Shown piece by piece: positions 48,399 through 60,235 of a DNA stretch of 64,000 bases. Numbering within the stretch: position 1 is the first letter of the stretch; each line of letters begins with the position of its first letter. The notes under the pieces were generated by a model. It was given only the letters and a program-made list of their open reading frames with translations, was not told where the DNA came from and searched no databases. The stretch comes from Verrucomicrobiota bacterium. GTDB taxonomy: Bacteria; Verrucomicrobiota; Verrucomicrobiia; Verrucomicrobiales; DEV007. The translations under genes and the position numbers were made by a program. Location: positions 9,841 to 73,840 of the forward strand of contig JASFYY010000118.1 of assembly GCA_045046875.1 (NCBI GenBank), read 5' to 3'.

Positions 48399-49843
48399 AC
48401 CCGCTCAATGAATCCCGTCTCCATTTGAATCGACGTCATTTTTTCGGACGCTCGGCCACTGGCATTGGCACTGCCGCCCTCGCTAGTCTGCTGGGAAAAG
48501 ATTTGCTCCAAGGAGCAAATTCTTTGCCATCCACCACCTTTCCCAATTTTGCCCCCAAAGCCAAACGGGTGATCTACCTATTCCAATCGGGCGCGCCCTC
48601 ACAGCTCGACCTTTTTGATCACAAACCCGAGCTGACAAAACGCTTCGACGAAGACCTGCCGGACTCGATCCGCCAAGGCCAGCGTTTGACCGGCATGACC
48701 GTCGGGCAAAAGCGTTTCCCCGTGGCTCCGAGTAAATTTACTTTCCAGCAACATGGTCAGTCCGGCGCCTGGATCAGTGAGCTGATGCCGCACATTTCAT
48801 CTATTTCCGATGAACTCTGCATCATCAAATCAATGCACACCGAGGCCATCAATCACGACCCTGCGATCACTTTTTTCCAGACAGGCTCCCAGATTGCCGG
48901 CAGGCCGAGCATTGGCAGTTGGTTGAGTTATGGGCTGGGCAGTGAAAACAGTGACCTTCCCGCTTTTGTCTCGATGGTGTCCACCGGCACAGGCCGCCCC
49001 GGTGGTCAGCCTCTCTATGACCGCTTGTGGGGCAGTGGTTTTTTACCGACCACTCATCAGGGAGTGAAATTTCGTGGCCTCGGTGATCCGGTTCTCTACC
49101 TCAATGATCCGGCGGGCATCAATCGTAAAATGAGACGCCGCATGCTCGATGACATCGCCGCTATCAATCAGCACAAGCTGGAAGAGTTTGGCGATCCGGA
49201 AATCGCCACCCGCATTGCCCAATACGAACTCGCTTACCGGATGCAAGCTTCGGTTCCAGAGCTGACGGATCTTTCGAACGAACCGCAGTCTGTTTTTGAT
49301 GCTTACGGCCCGGAATCAAAAAAACGCGGCAGCTACGCCAGCAACTGTATTCTCGCCCGGCGTCTATGTGAACGAGGAGTGAGGTTTGTTCAACTTTTTC
49401 ACATGGGATGGGACCAACACAGCACCTTGCCCAAACAAATTGCCGGACAGTGTTACGATACAGACCAGGCAACGGCGGCATTGATCCGCGACTTGAAAAA
49501 CCGCGGTTTGCTCGACGACACCCTGATTATCTGGGGAGGCGAATTTGGTCGAACAGTGTATTCACAAGGCACCCTGTCCAAGGAAAACTACGGACGCGAT
49601 CATCATCCCCGCTGTTTCACCATGTTCATGGCTGGCGCAGGAATTAAGCCAGGCATGACCTATGGTGAGACCGATGACTTCAGTTACAACATCACCCAAA
49701 ACCCCGTGCATGTACATGATCTGCACGCCACCATTTTCCACCTGCTCGGAATCGATCACGAACGCCTGACCTACAAATACCAGGGACGCCGCTTCCGCCT
49801 CACCGATGTTCACGGAAAAATCGTCAATGACATTCTAGCGTAG
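48395..49843 (+). CDS. DUF1501 family protein
   Basis: [44 protein letters not shown] overlap with the upstream gene. Confidence 0.93.
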   Translation: MNPLNESRLHLNRRHFFGRSATGIGTAALASLLGKDLLQGANSLPSTTFPNFAPKAKRVIYLFQSGAPSQLDLFDHKPELTKRFDEDLPDSIRQGQRLTGMTVGQKRFPVAPSKFTFQQHGQSGAWISELMPHISSISDELCIIKSMHTEAINHDPAITFFQTGSQIAGRPSIGSWLSYGLGSENSDLPAFVSMVSTGTGRPGGQPLYDRLWGSGFLPTTHQGVKFRGLGDPVLYLNDPAGINRKMRRRMLDDIAAINQHKLEEFGDPEIATRIAQYELAYRMQASVPELTDLSNEPQSVFDAYGPESKKRGSYASNCILARRLCERGVRFVQLFHMGWDQHSTLPKQIAGQCYDTDQATAALIRDLKNRGLLDDTLIIWGGEFGRTVYSQGTLSKENYGRDHHPRCFTMFMAGAGIKPGMTYGETDDFSYNITQNPVHVHDLHATIFHLLGIDHERLTYKYQGRRFRLTDVHGKIVNDILA

Positions 49844-49873
49844 ACTTATGCCTCCATGCAGTAGTCCATTCCC

Positions 49874-50743
49874 TCAATCCGAAGGAATGCCGGGAATTAT
49901 GTTATGCCCTTTTTCGATAAATCCTTTTAGCAACTCAATATAATCTTCGGCATTTTCTCCATGATACCCCTTCTTCCCCCCCAACAACTTGCCGTCATTA
50001 TGTAAAATGAAAAAAGTAGGCACAGATTTTATTCCAAATTCTTTCACCACCCCTGAGCGGGTATCGATATTTCCCCGGTATTCTATTTTTACAGAAATCA
50101 AACTCTCGTCTGCAAATTCTTTAAAAGCATCCGATGACAACACCTTATCTTCAAGACTCTTGCAATCAGGATTAAATGAATCTGCGGTAAATAAAAGATA
50201 TATTGGTAGGTTTTTCTCACGAGCCAGTTCTTTAGCTTTATCAAAATTGTCCAGCCACGCCCCCCTCTTTGAATGGCTCGCTCTTCCAGCTGTTACCGTA
50301 TGGAGTTCTGGTTCAGCCACATATTTCCCCTCGGGCACGCTCTCAAAAAAAGCCTGATCCTCATCACTCAATTTGTCCAAAGGCAGGACAAACCTTTTTT
50401 TGCCGGGCAAACGCCACAGAGCAATCTTTCCATCCATTTTGCCCAGAACCTCGGCATCGATTTCCCGCCCCTTGGTATCCTTGATCTTTCGCTTAAAAGG
50501 GAACTCAGGAATGGGCGCAGCTTTAGGGCTTGGATCCATACCCTCGCTTCCATCGCCATCTTCCATCGCTATCTTGTCCGCAGGCACAGGATCTTTTTTG
50601 CTGAAGACATCCTCACCTTCTGCAAAAGAGGCCTTCACCTCTGGCTCTTCAGGCCGCTTACACGAACTGATCTGTAACAACAAAACCCCTGCCAAGCCTA
50701 GCCCTAGATAAAACTTCATTCTCCTACCCACCTTATTTTTCAT
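49874..50743 (-). CDS. Lipoprotein with SHD1-like domain and thioredoxin-like domain (CxxC degenerate)
   Basis: ISSC lipobox; DTKGREIDAEV...LPLDKLSDEDQ; WLDNFDKAKELA....PIYLLFTADSFNPDC. Confidence 0.7.
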   Translation of the reverse strand: MKNKVGRRMKFYLGLGLAGVLLLQISSCKRPEEPEVKASFAEGEDVFSKKDPVPADKIAMEDGDGSEGMDPSPKAAPIPEFPFKRKIKDTKGREIDAEVLGKMDGKIALWRLPGKKRFVLPLDKLSDEDQAFFESVPEGKYVAEPELHTVTAGRASHSKRGAWLDNFDKAKELAREKNLPIYLLFTADSFNPDCKSLEDKVLSSDAFKEFADESLISVKIEYRGNIDTRSGVVKEFGIKSVPTFFILHNDGKLLGGKKGYHGENAEDYIELLKGFIEKGHNIIPGIPSD

Positions 50744-50877
50744 TTCTTCGCATCCTCCTTTTTCTTCCTCTTCAAGATCACCCAGATGGATGCCCCAATG
50801 ATGATAGCAGGCAACAAAACTAGTATCCCAAAAACCATCGCAATCAACACCATTTCCTGTATACCTATCGGCCCCAT
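50740..50877 (-). CDS. Small (45 aa) single-pass membrane protein, below the ORF-track cutoff
   Basis: AGGAG 6 nt before ATG; MGPIGIQEMVLIAMVFGILVLLPAIIIGASIWVILKRKKKEDAKK; stop overlaps the next start (ATGA). Confidence 0.7.
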   Translation of the reverse strand: MGPIGIQEMVLIAMVFGILVLLPAIIIGASIWVILKRKKKEDAKK

Positions 50878-50890
50878 AAACATCTCCTAT

Positions 50891-53800
50891 TCATTCCCAA
50901 AGCACTTCCACCGCAGCTAGAGCCGTTTCCCCTTTCACGCTCGACAGCTTGATTTTTAGTTTGCCATCACTTTTGATAACGACGTCGAACTCCTCCATCA
51001 CCACACCTTGGGGCCCCACCTCTTTAGCTATATCAAATGCCGACAAAACCTTTTCACCTTGCAGAGAAACATCAAAAACCCGCTTACCTTTTTTGATCTT
51101 CTCATCAAGCTCGGAAAAGTACAAACGCACTTTGGCCGCGCCATCCTTGTGATCCGTCACAATCTCCAGCCGCTCCGCGCCCTCAAGCACCGAAGCCCCC
51201 AACCAATCAGGTGCCGCAAGTGAGCCCTTCATCAATGAGGCATGTTTCCTAACATAAACCACCTTCTTCCCTTTAACTTCGATATCCAGCTTCGGCGAGA
51301 CCCCGCCCACCACCGGGTAATCCAGGAACAAAGTTCCCGATGCAGAACGTCGATCCCCCGGCGCTCCAAAGTTAATTCCCAAACGACCGCTATCACGGCT
51401 TGCTCCATTGGTCCAAACTTCCGCTTCAGGCATGTGAATCAGCGCCAGTGACGTCTGGTTTTGATAGGAACACACACAGGTCCGGGTATAATCCGGAGCG
51501 TTAAGAATACCATCGGCGACGATCAGATTGGCCGTGCAACTGGATTTAAAGCCGCCAAAATTCCCTGTCCCCGAATCACCGGCCATGTCAAAAAATCCCG
51601 CAGCTCCCGAACGGAAAGTCAGCAAGTTTTCACTGCCGATCGCTGTATTGCACCCGTAAGTCCGCGCGTATTGCCAACCGGTTTTGCGGCCACTGAAAAG
51701 CTCAACCGCAAAACCTCCGGTCCCGTTAGTGAGAATTTTATCCCGCCACAACAAACAAGGCCCATTGTATTCAATGTCAGCATCAAACCACAATACTTTG
51801 CCATCTTTCCCGCGCAGCACCATCATACCCTTGCCACTCTCATCAACTGCCCGATCGCGGAAAGCACTACCGGCTTGCAATAACAGCCCGTGCTGGGTGG
51901 AGTAGTTGAGAAAAGTTCCAAACACATCCTTCTCCCGCTCCCAAATCACTTCACCATTTTCCAAGTCCAATGCGTAAAGCATCGGTTTGCCAGTGAACTT
52001 CATCCCCCTGCGGGCCAGACTCGTTTCCTTCTGCTCGGTCAGACGATCAATGCAAAACACCCGGTCTCCCGCCACTGCAATATTATTGTGACGAAAATTA
52101 AACTGCGCCTGCCTTTTCCACAACATCCGCCCGCTATGCCGGTCATACACCACCAGCAGGCGACTGCCCGAACCCTGGCCTGTCTTCAAAGTGCCTGTCC
52201 TATTTTTATCAGCCCCCTCCAAAGCCAGCGGCATGGCGGTAGCGATCAAATAATCCCCCGATACCCGGATAGAGCCCCAGTCAGGCGATTTTGCCACTGG
52301 GTTTTTTTCTTTATCATTCGCCGCCAGTTGAAAATTTTTGACAACTTCTCCATCCACCGCGTTCAGCTCAAGAATCACATTGCCATTCATCGCATAAATT
52401 CGATCCGGCATGGAAACATAATTACTTCCCGTCTCACCAGCACCGGCGAAGTGATCGGTACGATCAAAATATTCGCCAAAACCAGGGATCTTGCGTTCCC
52501 ACATCACTCTTCCGCTATAAACATCCGTGGCGCGTAATAAATCCGGCCCTTCTATGATCAAACGCCCTCCAGCCACCTGCGGCGAGGGGCCATGCCCATG
52601 CCTTGGCAAAATCCCCGCATGCGATGCTCCGCCAAACCACAATACTCCGAAAGGAGCTTTCACTCTTTTGTCACGCGATACCAGAGTCTGTTCCACATTG
52701 CCATACTGGTGGGTCCAATTATCGCTATCAGGCAAAGCTCCCGCACGCACCAGAAAAGACAACTCCCCCGAGCGCTTGACCTCCGCATTGGCAAACTTGT
52801 CACCACTGCTCACCATGCGACTCAAGGTTTTATGCCCGTCCTCCGAAGCTGGCAAGCAAAACAGCCCTCCATAAGGGCGCAAAGCTTGGAACACTTGTGC
52901 AAGTCTCGTTCTCTTTTTCGCCAACAAGTTCACCAGTTTGTTATTTTCAGAGACAATCAAATTACACAAATAAGTGGGCAAGCCTCCTTGAAAGATATCC
53001 CCTTCGATCACCGAGGCCCGCGAACCATACCAGCCCGCCGCTTGCATTTTTCTCCGGAAGGCTAACACCTTGCCCGCATCCGGCTCCAAGACCATCACGC
53101 GCAACTGCGACCGGTTTAACAATGCATCAATCATCTGACCCGAACCAATCCCCAAGACCAGGGCGTATCCCTCTCCAGCCCCTTGATGTTTGAGAATTTC
53201 CGTTACCTTGCCCGACCACTCTCCCTGCGTTTCCTTTGTGATATTTTTCTTTAGCAAAGGAATACGCTTCGCCGCACCACCTGCCGGATCGCCTTCACCA
53301 AAACAATACAATTTCCCCTCGTCGGTTACCACAAACAGACGCCCGTCTGCAGCCAACAAACTTTGCGCCTCACCTTCTATTTTGCCACTCCAAACGGGTT
53401 TATTCTCCCCTGATTCATAAGCCGAAACCACTTTTGCTCCGCCAGTATAAAATCGGTCGCCCGCTCCCATCATCCAACGACCGGTGATCGCCTTGGCCAA
53501 TTTATTCTGTTCTACTTTTTTATATTTAGGAGTCATTACCATCACTTCATTGCCACGGAAATCTGTCTTTTTCTCTGCCACAATCTCTACCGCGGCAGAA
53601 CGCGTCAGCATGCTATTGGGATCCGTCGCTAACATGCGCTTGTCATTAAAAACGGCTGGAGCTCCCCCACCAATTGCCAATCCATTTTTCATCGTAAAAG
53701 CCCGCGCCTCGGTGAACAACAATTCGCCCACGGCTCCCACCTGCGAGCCCCCCTCTTTTTTCCCTTCGGCAAAAGCAAAATTCAACTGCTTACCACCGCC

Positions 53801-54577
53801 CGCATCGTAAACTCCGGGAATCGAACGCCCGCCTGGAACGACTAACTTGCCTCCCGATGCCGCCAGATGCCCCTGAGGCACCAAGCCGGAAAATGCCACC
53901 GCCCCACCATGCGGTTGATTGATGTAGTTGCTGCCATCTCCGCTATTGGTCCAGATCACCTTGCCATCCTCCGGATCCACCGCGCGAATAAAAATGCCCA
54001 TGAAAGGCCAGATGCTCGCCCCAAAATAAAGTTTACCCTGATGCAACACCACTCCGCCACGCGCCGGCCAGGACGAGATCAAACGATGATTACCCAAAAT
54101 CAACCGTCGCTGATCCGGTCCCCCTTTCACTTTCCATAACTGCTTTCCATTGTCCGCATTCAGCGCATACAAAAAACCATCATCGCTCACAAAAAACACC
54201 TTCCCCTTATAGGCCACCGGAGCAAAACGCACCGGCCCATTGCTATAAAAACGCCACAACTCCTTGCCATCACGAGTGCTGTAAGCCGTCACCGAATCAT
54301 TCCGGCTCGAAGGCACAAAAATCCGTTGCCCCATGACCACCGGCTGAGCCACCGCATCAAACTGCAATTTGGGCTGGGTCTCCGGCCAGGCAGGCATGGC
54401 CTGGGGCAAGTCCCTCACCCACTGCAGCTTCATCTTCTCCGGCAAGGCATCCGGCGACCAGGATCCCCGCCCCGCATCATACCGCCACATTGGCCAGTCA
54501 CCCGCCCGGGATTGAGAACTCCCGCCAATTAACAAAACTACCAGCCACACAGCCATCCATCGATTCAAAAAACACAT
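50891..54577 (-). CDS. Large secreted PQQ-propeller / methyltransferase-like / PQQ-propeller / malectin protein
   Basis: DWPMWRYDAGR, ALVLGIGSG (Rossmann-like), WTHQYG, RTYGCN, APDYTRTCVCSYQ, VRLYFSE...RVFDVSLQG (malectin). Confidence 0.82.
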   Translation of the reverse strand: MCFLNRWMAVWLVVLLIGGSSQSRAGDWPMWRYDAGRGSWSPDALPEKMKLQWVRDLPQAMPAWPETQPKLQFDAVAQPVVMGQRIFVPSSRNDSVTAYSTRDGKELWRFYSNGPVRFAPVAYKGKVFFVSDDGFLYALNADNGKQLWKVKGGPDQRRLILGNHRLISSWPARGGVVLHQGKLYFGASIWPFMGIFIRAVDPEDGKVIWTNSGDGSNYINQPHGGAVAFSGLVPQGHLAASGGKLVVPGGRSIPGVYDAGGGKQLNFAFAEGKKEGGSQVGAVGELLFTEARAFTMKNGLAIGGGAPAVFNDKRMLATDPNSMLTRSAAVEIVAEKKTDFRGNEVMVMTPKYKKVEQNKLAKAITGRWMMGAGDRFYTGGAKVVSAYESGENKPVWSGKIEGEAQSLLAADGRLFVVTDEGKLYCFGEGDPAGGAAKRIPLLKKNITKETQGEWSGKVTEILKHQGAGEGYALVLGIGSGQMIDALLNRSQLRVMVLEPDAGKVLAFRRKMQAAGWYGSRASVIEGDIFQGGLPTYLCNLIVSENNKLVNLLAKKRTRLAQVFQALRPYGGLFCLPASEDGHKTLSRMVSSGDKFANAEVKRSGELSFLVRAGALPDSDNWTHQYGNVEQTLVSRDKRVKAPFGVLWFGGASHAGILPRHGHGPSPQVAGGRLIIEGPDLLRATDVYSGRVMWERKIPGFGEYFDRTDHFAGAGETGSNYVSMPDRIYAMNGNVILELNAVDGEVVKNFQLAANDKEKNPVAKSPDWGSIRVSGDYLIATAMPLALEGADKNRTGTLKTGQGSGSRLLVVYDRHSGRMLWKRQAQFNFRHNNIAVAGDRVFCIDRLTEQKETSLARRGMKFTGKPMLYALDLENGEVIWEREKDVFGTFLNYSTQHGLLLQAGSAFRDRAVDESGKGMMVLRGKDGKVLWFDADIEYNGPCLLWRDKILTNGTGGFAVELFSGRKTGWQYARTYGCNTAIGSENLLTFRSGAAGFFDMAGDSGTGNFGGFKSSCTANLIVADGILNAPDYTRTCVCSYQNQTSLALIHMPEAEVWTNGASRDSGRLGINFGAPGDRRSASGTLFLDYPVVGGVSPKLDIEVKGKKVVYVRKHASLMKGSLAAPDWLGASVLEGAERLEIVTDHKDGAAKVRLYFSELDEKIKKGKRVFDVSLQGEKVLSAFDIAKEVGPQGVVMEEFDVVIKSDGKLKIKLSSVKGETALAAVEVLWE

Positions 54578-54729
54578 AGACCCCAAGTCTCGAATCAAAT
54601 CCCCCTTCCATCAACCCCTTTCAGTCATTCTTCATTATCCATTCTTTATTTCCCATCCTACATTCGTGTTCATTCGTGCTTCCCCGCATTCGCATTTGGC
54701 ATATACAAACAGTCTGCTAAAGTGCCAGC

Positions 54730-55692
54730 GTGAAACAAGCATTTGTCCTAGGCGCCGGGAAAGGCACACGTTTAAAAGCGTTGACCGCCACCCTTCCGAA
54801 GCCGCTCATTCCTCTGCACCAGAAGCCGCTCATCACCTACGCCTTCGATCACCTGATCAATGCCGGTTTTGATCGTTTCATGGTCAACACCCACCACCTG
54901 CCTGATACTTTTGCTCCGGCCTTTCCCGAGCAAAGCTACCGCAACTGCCCGCTCGACTTCCGCTTCGAAGAGCAGCTGCTGGAAACCGGCGGCGGCATCG
55001 CCAACATCGCCGACTGGTTGCCTCAGGATGAATCCTTCATCATTTACAACGGCGATATTTTATCCGACATGGATCTCGCTCCTGCCATCGAAGCCCATCA
55101 AAGCTCCTCCAACCTTGTCACCCTCGTATTACGCAGCAAAGGAGAAGCCCTGCAAATTGCCCTCGATACCAAGTCCGGACAATCAAAGCAATCAGGACAA
55201 ATCAGCGACATCCGCAACAGTCGGCAAACAGCAGCAGCCACCCTCTATCAATTCACCGGTGTGTATCTAGTGCGTCCCGATTTTCTCGCTTTTCTCACCC
55301 CCGGCAAAAAAGAATCCGTCATCCCTGCATTTCTAGAGCTCATCGAGCAAAACCAACTCGGCGGCGTGATCCTCGACGACGGCACCTGGTCGGATCTCGG
55401 CACCCGGGGGACTTACCTGCGCGCCAGCGCAGCCCTTTCCACCAACGGTTTCCCCCAATATGGCAAACAGGCCGAACAACAACGCATCCACCCGACAGCC
55501 CAGATTCATCCCGACGCCCACATCTGCCCCCTGTCATCGATCGGCCAGGATTGCGTGATCGCCGCCGGCGCCCGCATCGACAACTCCATCCTCTGGCCCG
55601 GTTCCCAAGTCGAAAAACAAGCCTCCTTACGCAATACCATCCTCTGCAGCGGTCAAAGTGCCGCAGGCGTCCTGCTCGACACAGACCTTTGA
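54730..55692 (+). CDS. Sugar-phosphate nucleotidyltransferase, MurU-like
   Basis: AFVLGAGKGTRL..LT..LPKPL, VNTHHL, LETGGG, YNGDI, WSDLGT; adjacent to the AmgK-like kinase. Confidence 0.85.
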   Translation: MKQAFVLGAGKGTRLKALTATLPKPLIPLHQKPLITYAFDHLINAGFDRFMVNTHHLPDTFAPAFPEQSYRNCPLDFRFEEQLLETGGGIANIADWLPQDESFIIYNGDILSDMDLAPAIEAHQSSSNLVTLVLRSKGEALQIALDTKSGQSKQSGQISDIRNSRQTAAATLYQFTGVYLVRPDFLAFLTPGKKESVIPAFLELIEQNQLGGVILDDGTWSDLGTRGTYLRASAALSTNGFPQYGKQAEQQRIHPTAQIHPDAHICPLSSIGQDCVIAAGARIDNSILWPGSQVEKQASLRNTILCSGQSAAGVLLDTDL

Positions 55693-55705
55693 TCTCCACA
55701 AAATC

Positions 55706-56707
55706 ATGACCCCTGACCTCGCCAACTTAGAAAAACTCACCCGCGAGGCTTTTGCCCTGCCTACCGATCAAGCTCTGCTTATCGAAGAAATCATCAAAGG
55801 CGGTTCCGGGCGGCGTTTTTTCCGCATCGCAAAAAAAGATCACACATGGAGCGTGGTTGCCATGCACTTCACCCTCGAACGCCCTGAAAACGCACGCTTC
55901 GAAAACGCCAGCCAATTCCTCGCCTCCCATTCCATCCAAGTGCCGGCCATCCTCGCCCGCAATCCCAAATCCCACCTGCTCTGGTTGACCGATCTGGGCA
56001 CTCAGGATTTATGGGAAACACGAAACTCAGATTGGGATAAAATCCAAGCCCCCCTTTATCGCTCAGCCTTGCAGCAGGTTTTCAAAATCCACAGCCTCGA
56101 CGTCTGCCCCGACTCCCCCTCCCCAGATTTGGAGCCTCCTTTTGATGCCGCATTGTACCAATGGGAGCAAGATTATTTTTTCAACGAATTCGCCAGTCGT
56201 TTCAGTGATTGCAACGCAGCGGAAATCGAAACCCTGCGGAAATCCAAACAGGCCGGTTCTTTAGTGGACGAACTCTCCAGCCTGCCCCGCAGGCTAATCC
56301 ACCGTGATTTTCAATCACAGAACATCATGATCCAGCAGGACCAAGCTTGGCTGATCGACTATCAAGGCATGCGCCTTGGCCGCCCGGAATACGACCTCGC
56401 TTCCCTGCTGTTCGACCCCTACGTCTCCATCTCGGAAACCCAACGTGACCACTTGATCGAATTTTATTTTTCATTAAAACAACAAGCCGGCCACGAGGAC
56501 AGTCTCGAAGTCTTCCGCCAACGCCTCTACCTCTGCGCCTGCCAACGCCTGATGCAAGCCCTCGGTGCTTATGGGTTCCTCGGGATCGGCAAAGAAAAAA
56601 CCGCATTCCTACAACACATCCCCCCCGCGATCAAAAGCCTGCATGAAGTCGCTATCAAACACGACACCTTCCCAGAACTGGCTCCACTATTGCGGTTGAA
56701 GAAATAG
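55706..56707 (+). CDS. APH-fold anomeric sugar kinase, AmgK-like
   Basis: GGSGRRFFR, LTDLG, IHRDFQSQNIM, IDYQG.RLG..EYDLASLL, QRLMQALGAYGFL. Confidence 0.85.
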   Translation: MTPDLANLEKLTREAFALPTDQALLIEEIIKGGSGRRFFRIAKKDHTWSVVAMHFTLERPENARFENASQFLASHSIQVPAILARNPKSHLLWLTDLGTQDLWETRNSDWDKIQAPLYRSALQQVFKIHSLDVCPDSPSPDLEPPFDAALYQWEQDYFFNEFASRFSDCNAAEIETLRKSKQAGSLVDELSSLPRRLIHRDFQSQNIMIQQDQAWLIDYQGMRLGRPEYDLASLLFDPYVSISETQRDHLIEFYFSLKQQAGHEDSLEVFRQRLYLCACQRLMQALGAYGFLGIGKEKTAFLQHIPPAIKSLHEVAIKHDTFPELAPLLRLKK

Positions 56708-56883
56708 GAGGCATAACAGTTCCAGTAGAATTTCGAACCAAGGTGATAAATCCTGACTGAAGGGGCATCTTCGAGCAACTTGAATTCTCCCAAAAAAGGG
56801 TGTATTCACCCCATCTTCAACAAACTTTTCTTCATCGCCCCGCGAACACGGGATCCGCACTTGAAACCTTTTTGCCACATAAC

Positions 56884-58866
<1,983 letters not shown>

Positions 58867-58876
58867 AGCTGCCGTT

Positions 58877-60235
58877 GTGAAATACCGGATCGTCACATTT
58901 TTAATTTTGGGTATCGCCTTGATTTTTCTGGCGCAAAGCAAACCCGAACAATCGCATTGGGCGTTCACAGAAACGATCAATCAACACTGGCTGAATTTCT
59001 GCATCGCCAACTCCCCCGGTCGGATCACCGATACCGAGGTCACTTTAGTCAAAATCGATGACAACTACGAATCGGCTCTGCCTTCGGATCATCTCACCCG
59101 CCTCGACTACGCCGTCATTCTGGCTAACATCGAGAAGTTCAAACCCCGTTCCGTAGCTATCCTGCCTCCACTGAAGTGGAAAGAAGGCAATGCCATCAAC
59201 GAAAAAATTCTCCAAAGCCAATGTTCAAAAATACCAGCGCTCACCTTGACGGCCGAGGTGGAAAACAGCCCCGTTGCCGGCAAACAGAACGCTGATGAAA
59301 AATACCAGGCTCTCACTCACATCGAAGGCGACCTTTCCAAAATCACCCCATTCACCCGCACCCTTGCCTATCCTGAAAAAAGCACACTCAAACAAGCCAA
59401 GGTCACTTTTGCCCAGATCGGTCTCAGCGACTCAGTAAACCAACAAGGCATCCACACCCTACCGCTGGTTGCGCGTCACGGAGACGACATCGTGCCTTCT
59501 TTCATCCTCATGGCGATCATCCAGCATGAAAAATTAAAGCTCTCGGAGGTCACTCTGCAATTACCGCCTGCCGTATCAAAAGCACAAATTTTAATCGCTG
59601 ATAAATATACTATTCCCATCGATGTCCAAGGGCGTTTCAAAGTCTATCAAGACGCGATGACCTCCCGGGAAGACCTCTATAAAACTATCGCCGCCACAGA
59701 CTTAACTCTGGCTCACACTGAATCCAACGAAGTCAAAGAACTCCAGCAGTATCTTGAAGAGGATTTCAATTCTCTGACTAACAACTTGATTATCATTGGT
59801 CTCGACAAAGCTCAGGACCAGCATATCACACTCAATAATGAAGAGAAAATATCACTCGCCGAACTCGTCACCCGAACCATCGCCACCATCCAAAGCGGCC
59901 GATTCATCGAGCAATGGCCCCCGCTCTGGCGACCACTCAGTTTTGCCCTGATCCTTTTATTCGCTATCAAACTCTACCAACTCAAGCGTCGTCAGGTTTT
60001 GATCTGGGGCAGCCTGATAGCCTTCTTTTATTTCATTGCCTGCGCCATGTTATTCAGCAGCACCCTGTTATGGACTCCACCTTTCATCTCAATGACGCTG
60101 TTTGTCATTTTGATTTCCGTCGGCACCATCCTTCCCTACCACCCGCATGATGCCGCCAATACTTCCCCAACAGCCCCCCAGCCCCCAAGCTCCGATCTTA
60201 AAAACAACGAGTCCAGCAGCAACGGCCCTTCTTGA
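58877..60235 (+). CDS. CHASE2-like sensor domain membrane protein lacking an output domain
   Basis: VTLVKIDD, LPLVAR....IVPSF.L, IPIDVQG, NNLIIIG; three C-terminal TMs then a short tail. Confidence 0.65.
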   Translation: MKYRIVTFLILGIALIFLAQSKPEQSHWAFTETINQHWLNFCIANSPGRITDTEVTLVKIDDNYESALPSDHLTRLDYAVILANIEKFKPRSVAILPPLKWKEGNAINEKILQSQCSKIPALTLTAEVENSPVAGKQNADEKYQALTHIEGDLSKITPFTRTLAYPEKSTLKQAKVTFAQIGLSDSVNQQGIHTLPLVARHGDDIVPSFILMAIIQHEKLKLSEVTLQLPPAVSKAQILIADKYTIPIDVQGRFKVYQDAMTSREDLYKTIAATDLTLAHTESNEVKELQQYLEEDFNSLTNNLIIIGLDKAQDQHITLNNEEKISLAELVTRTIATIQSGRFIEQWPPLWRPLSFALILLFAIKLYQLKRRQVLIWGSLIAFFYFIACAMLFSSTLLWTPPFISMTLFVILISVGTILPYHPHDAANTSPTAPQPPSSDLKNNESSSNGPS

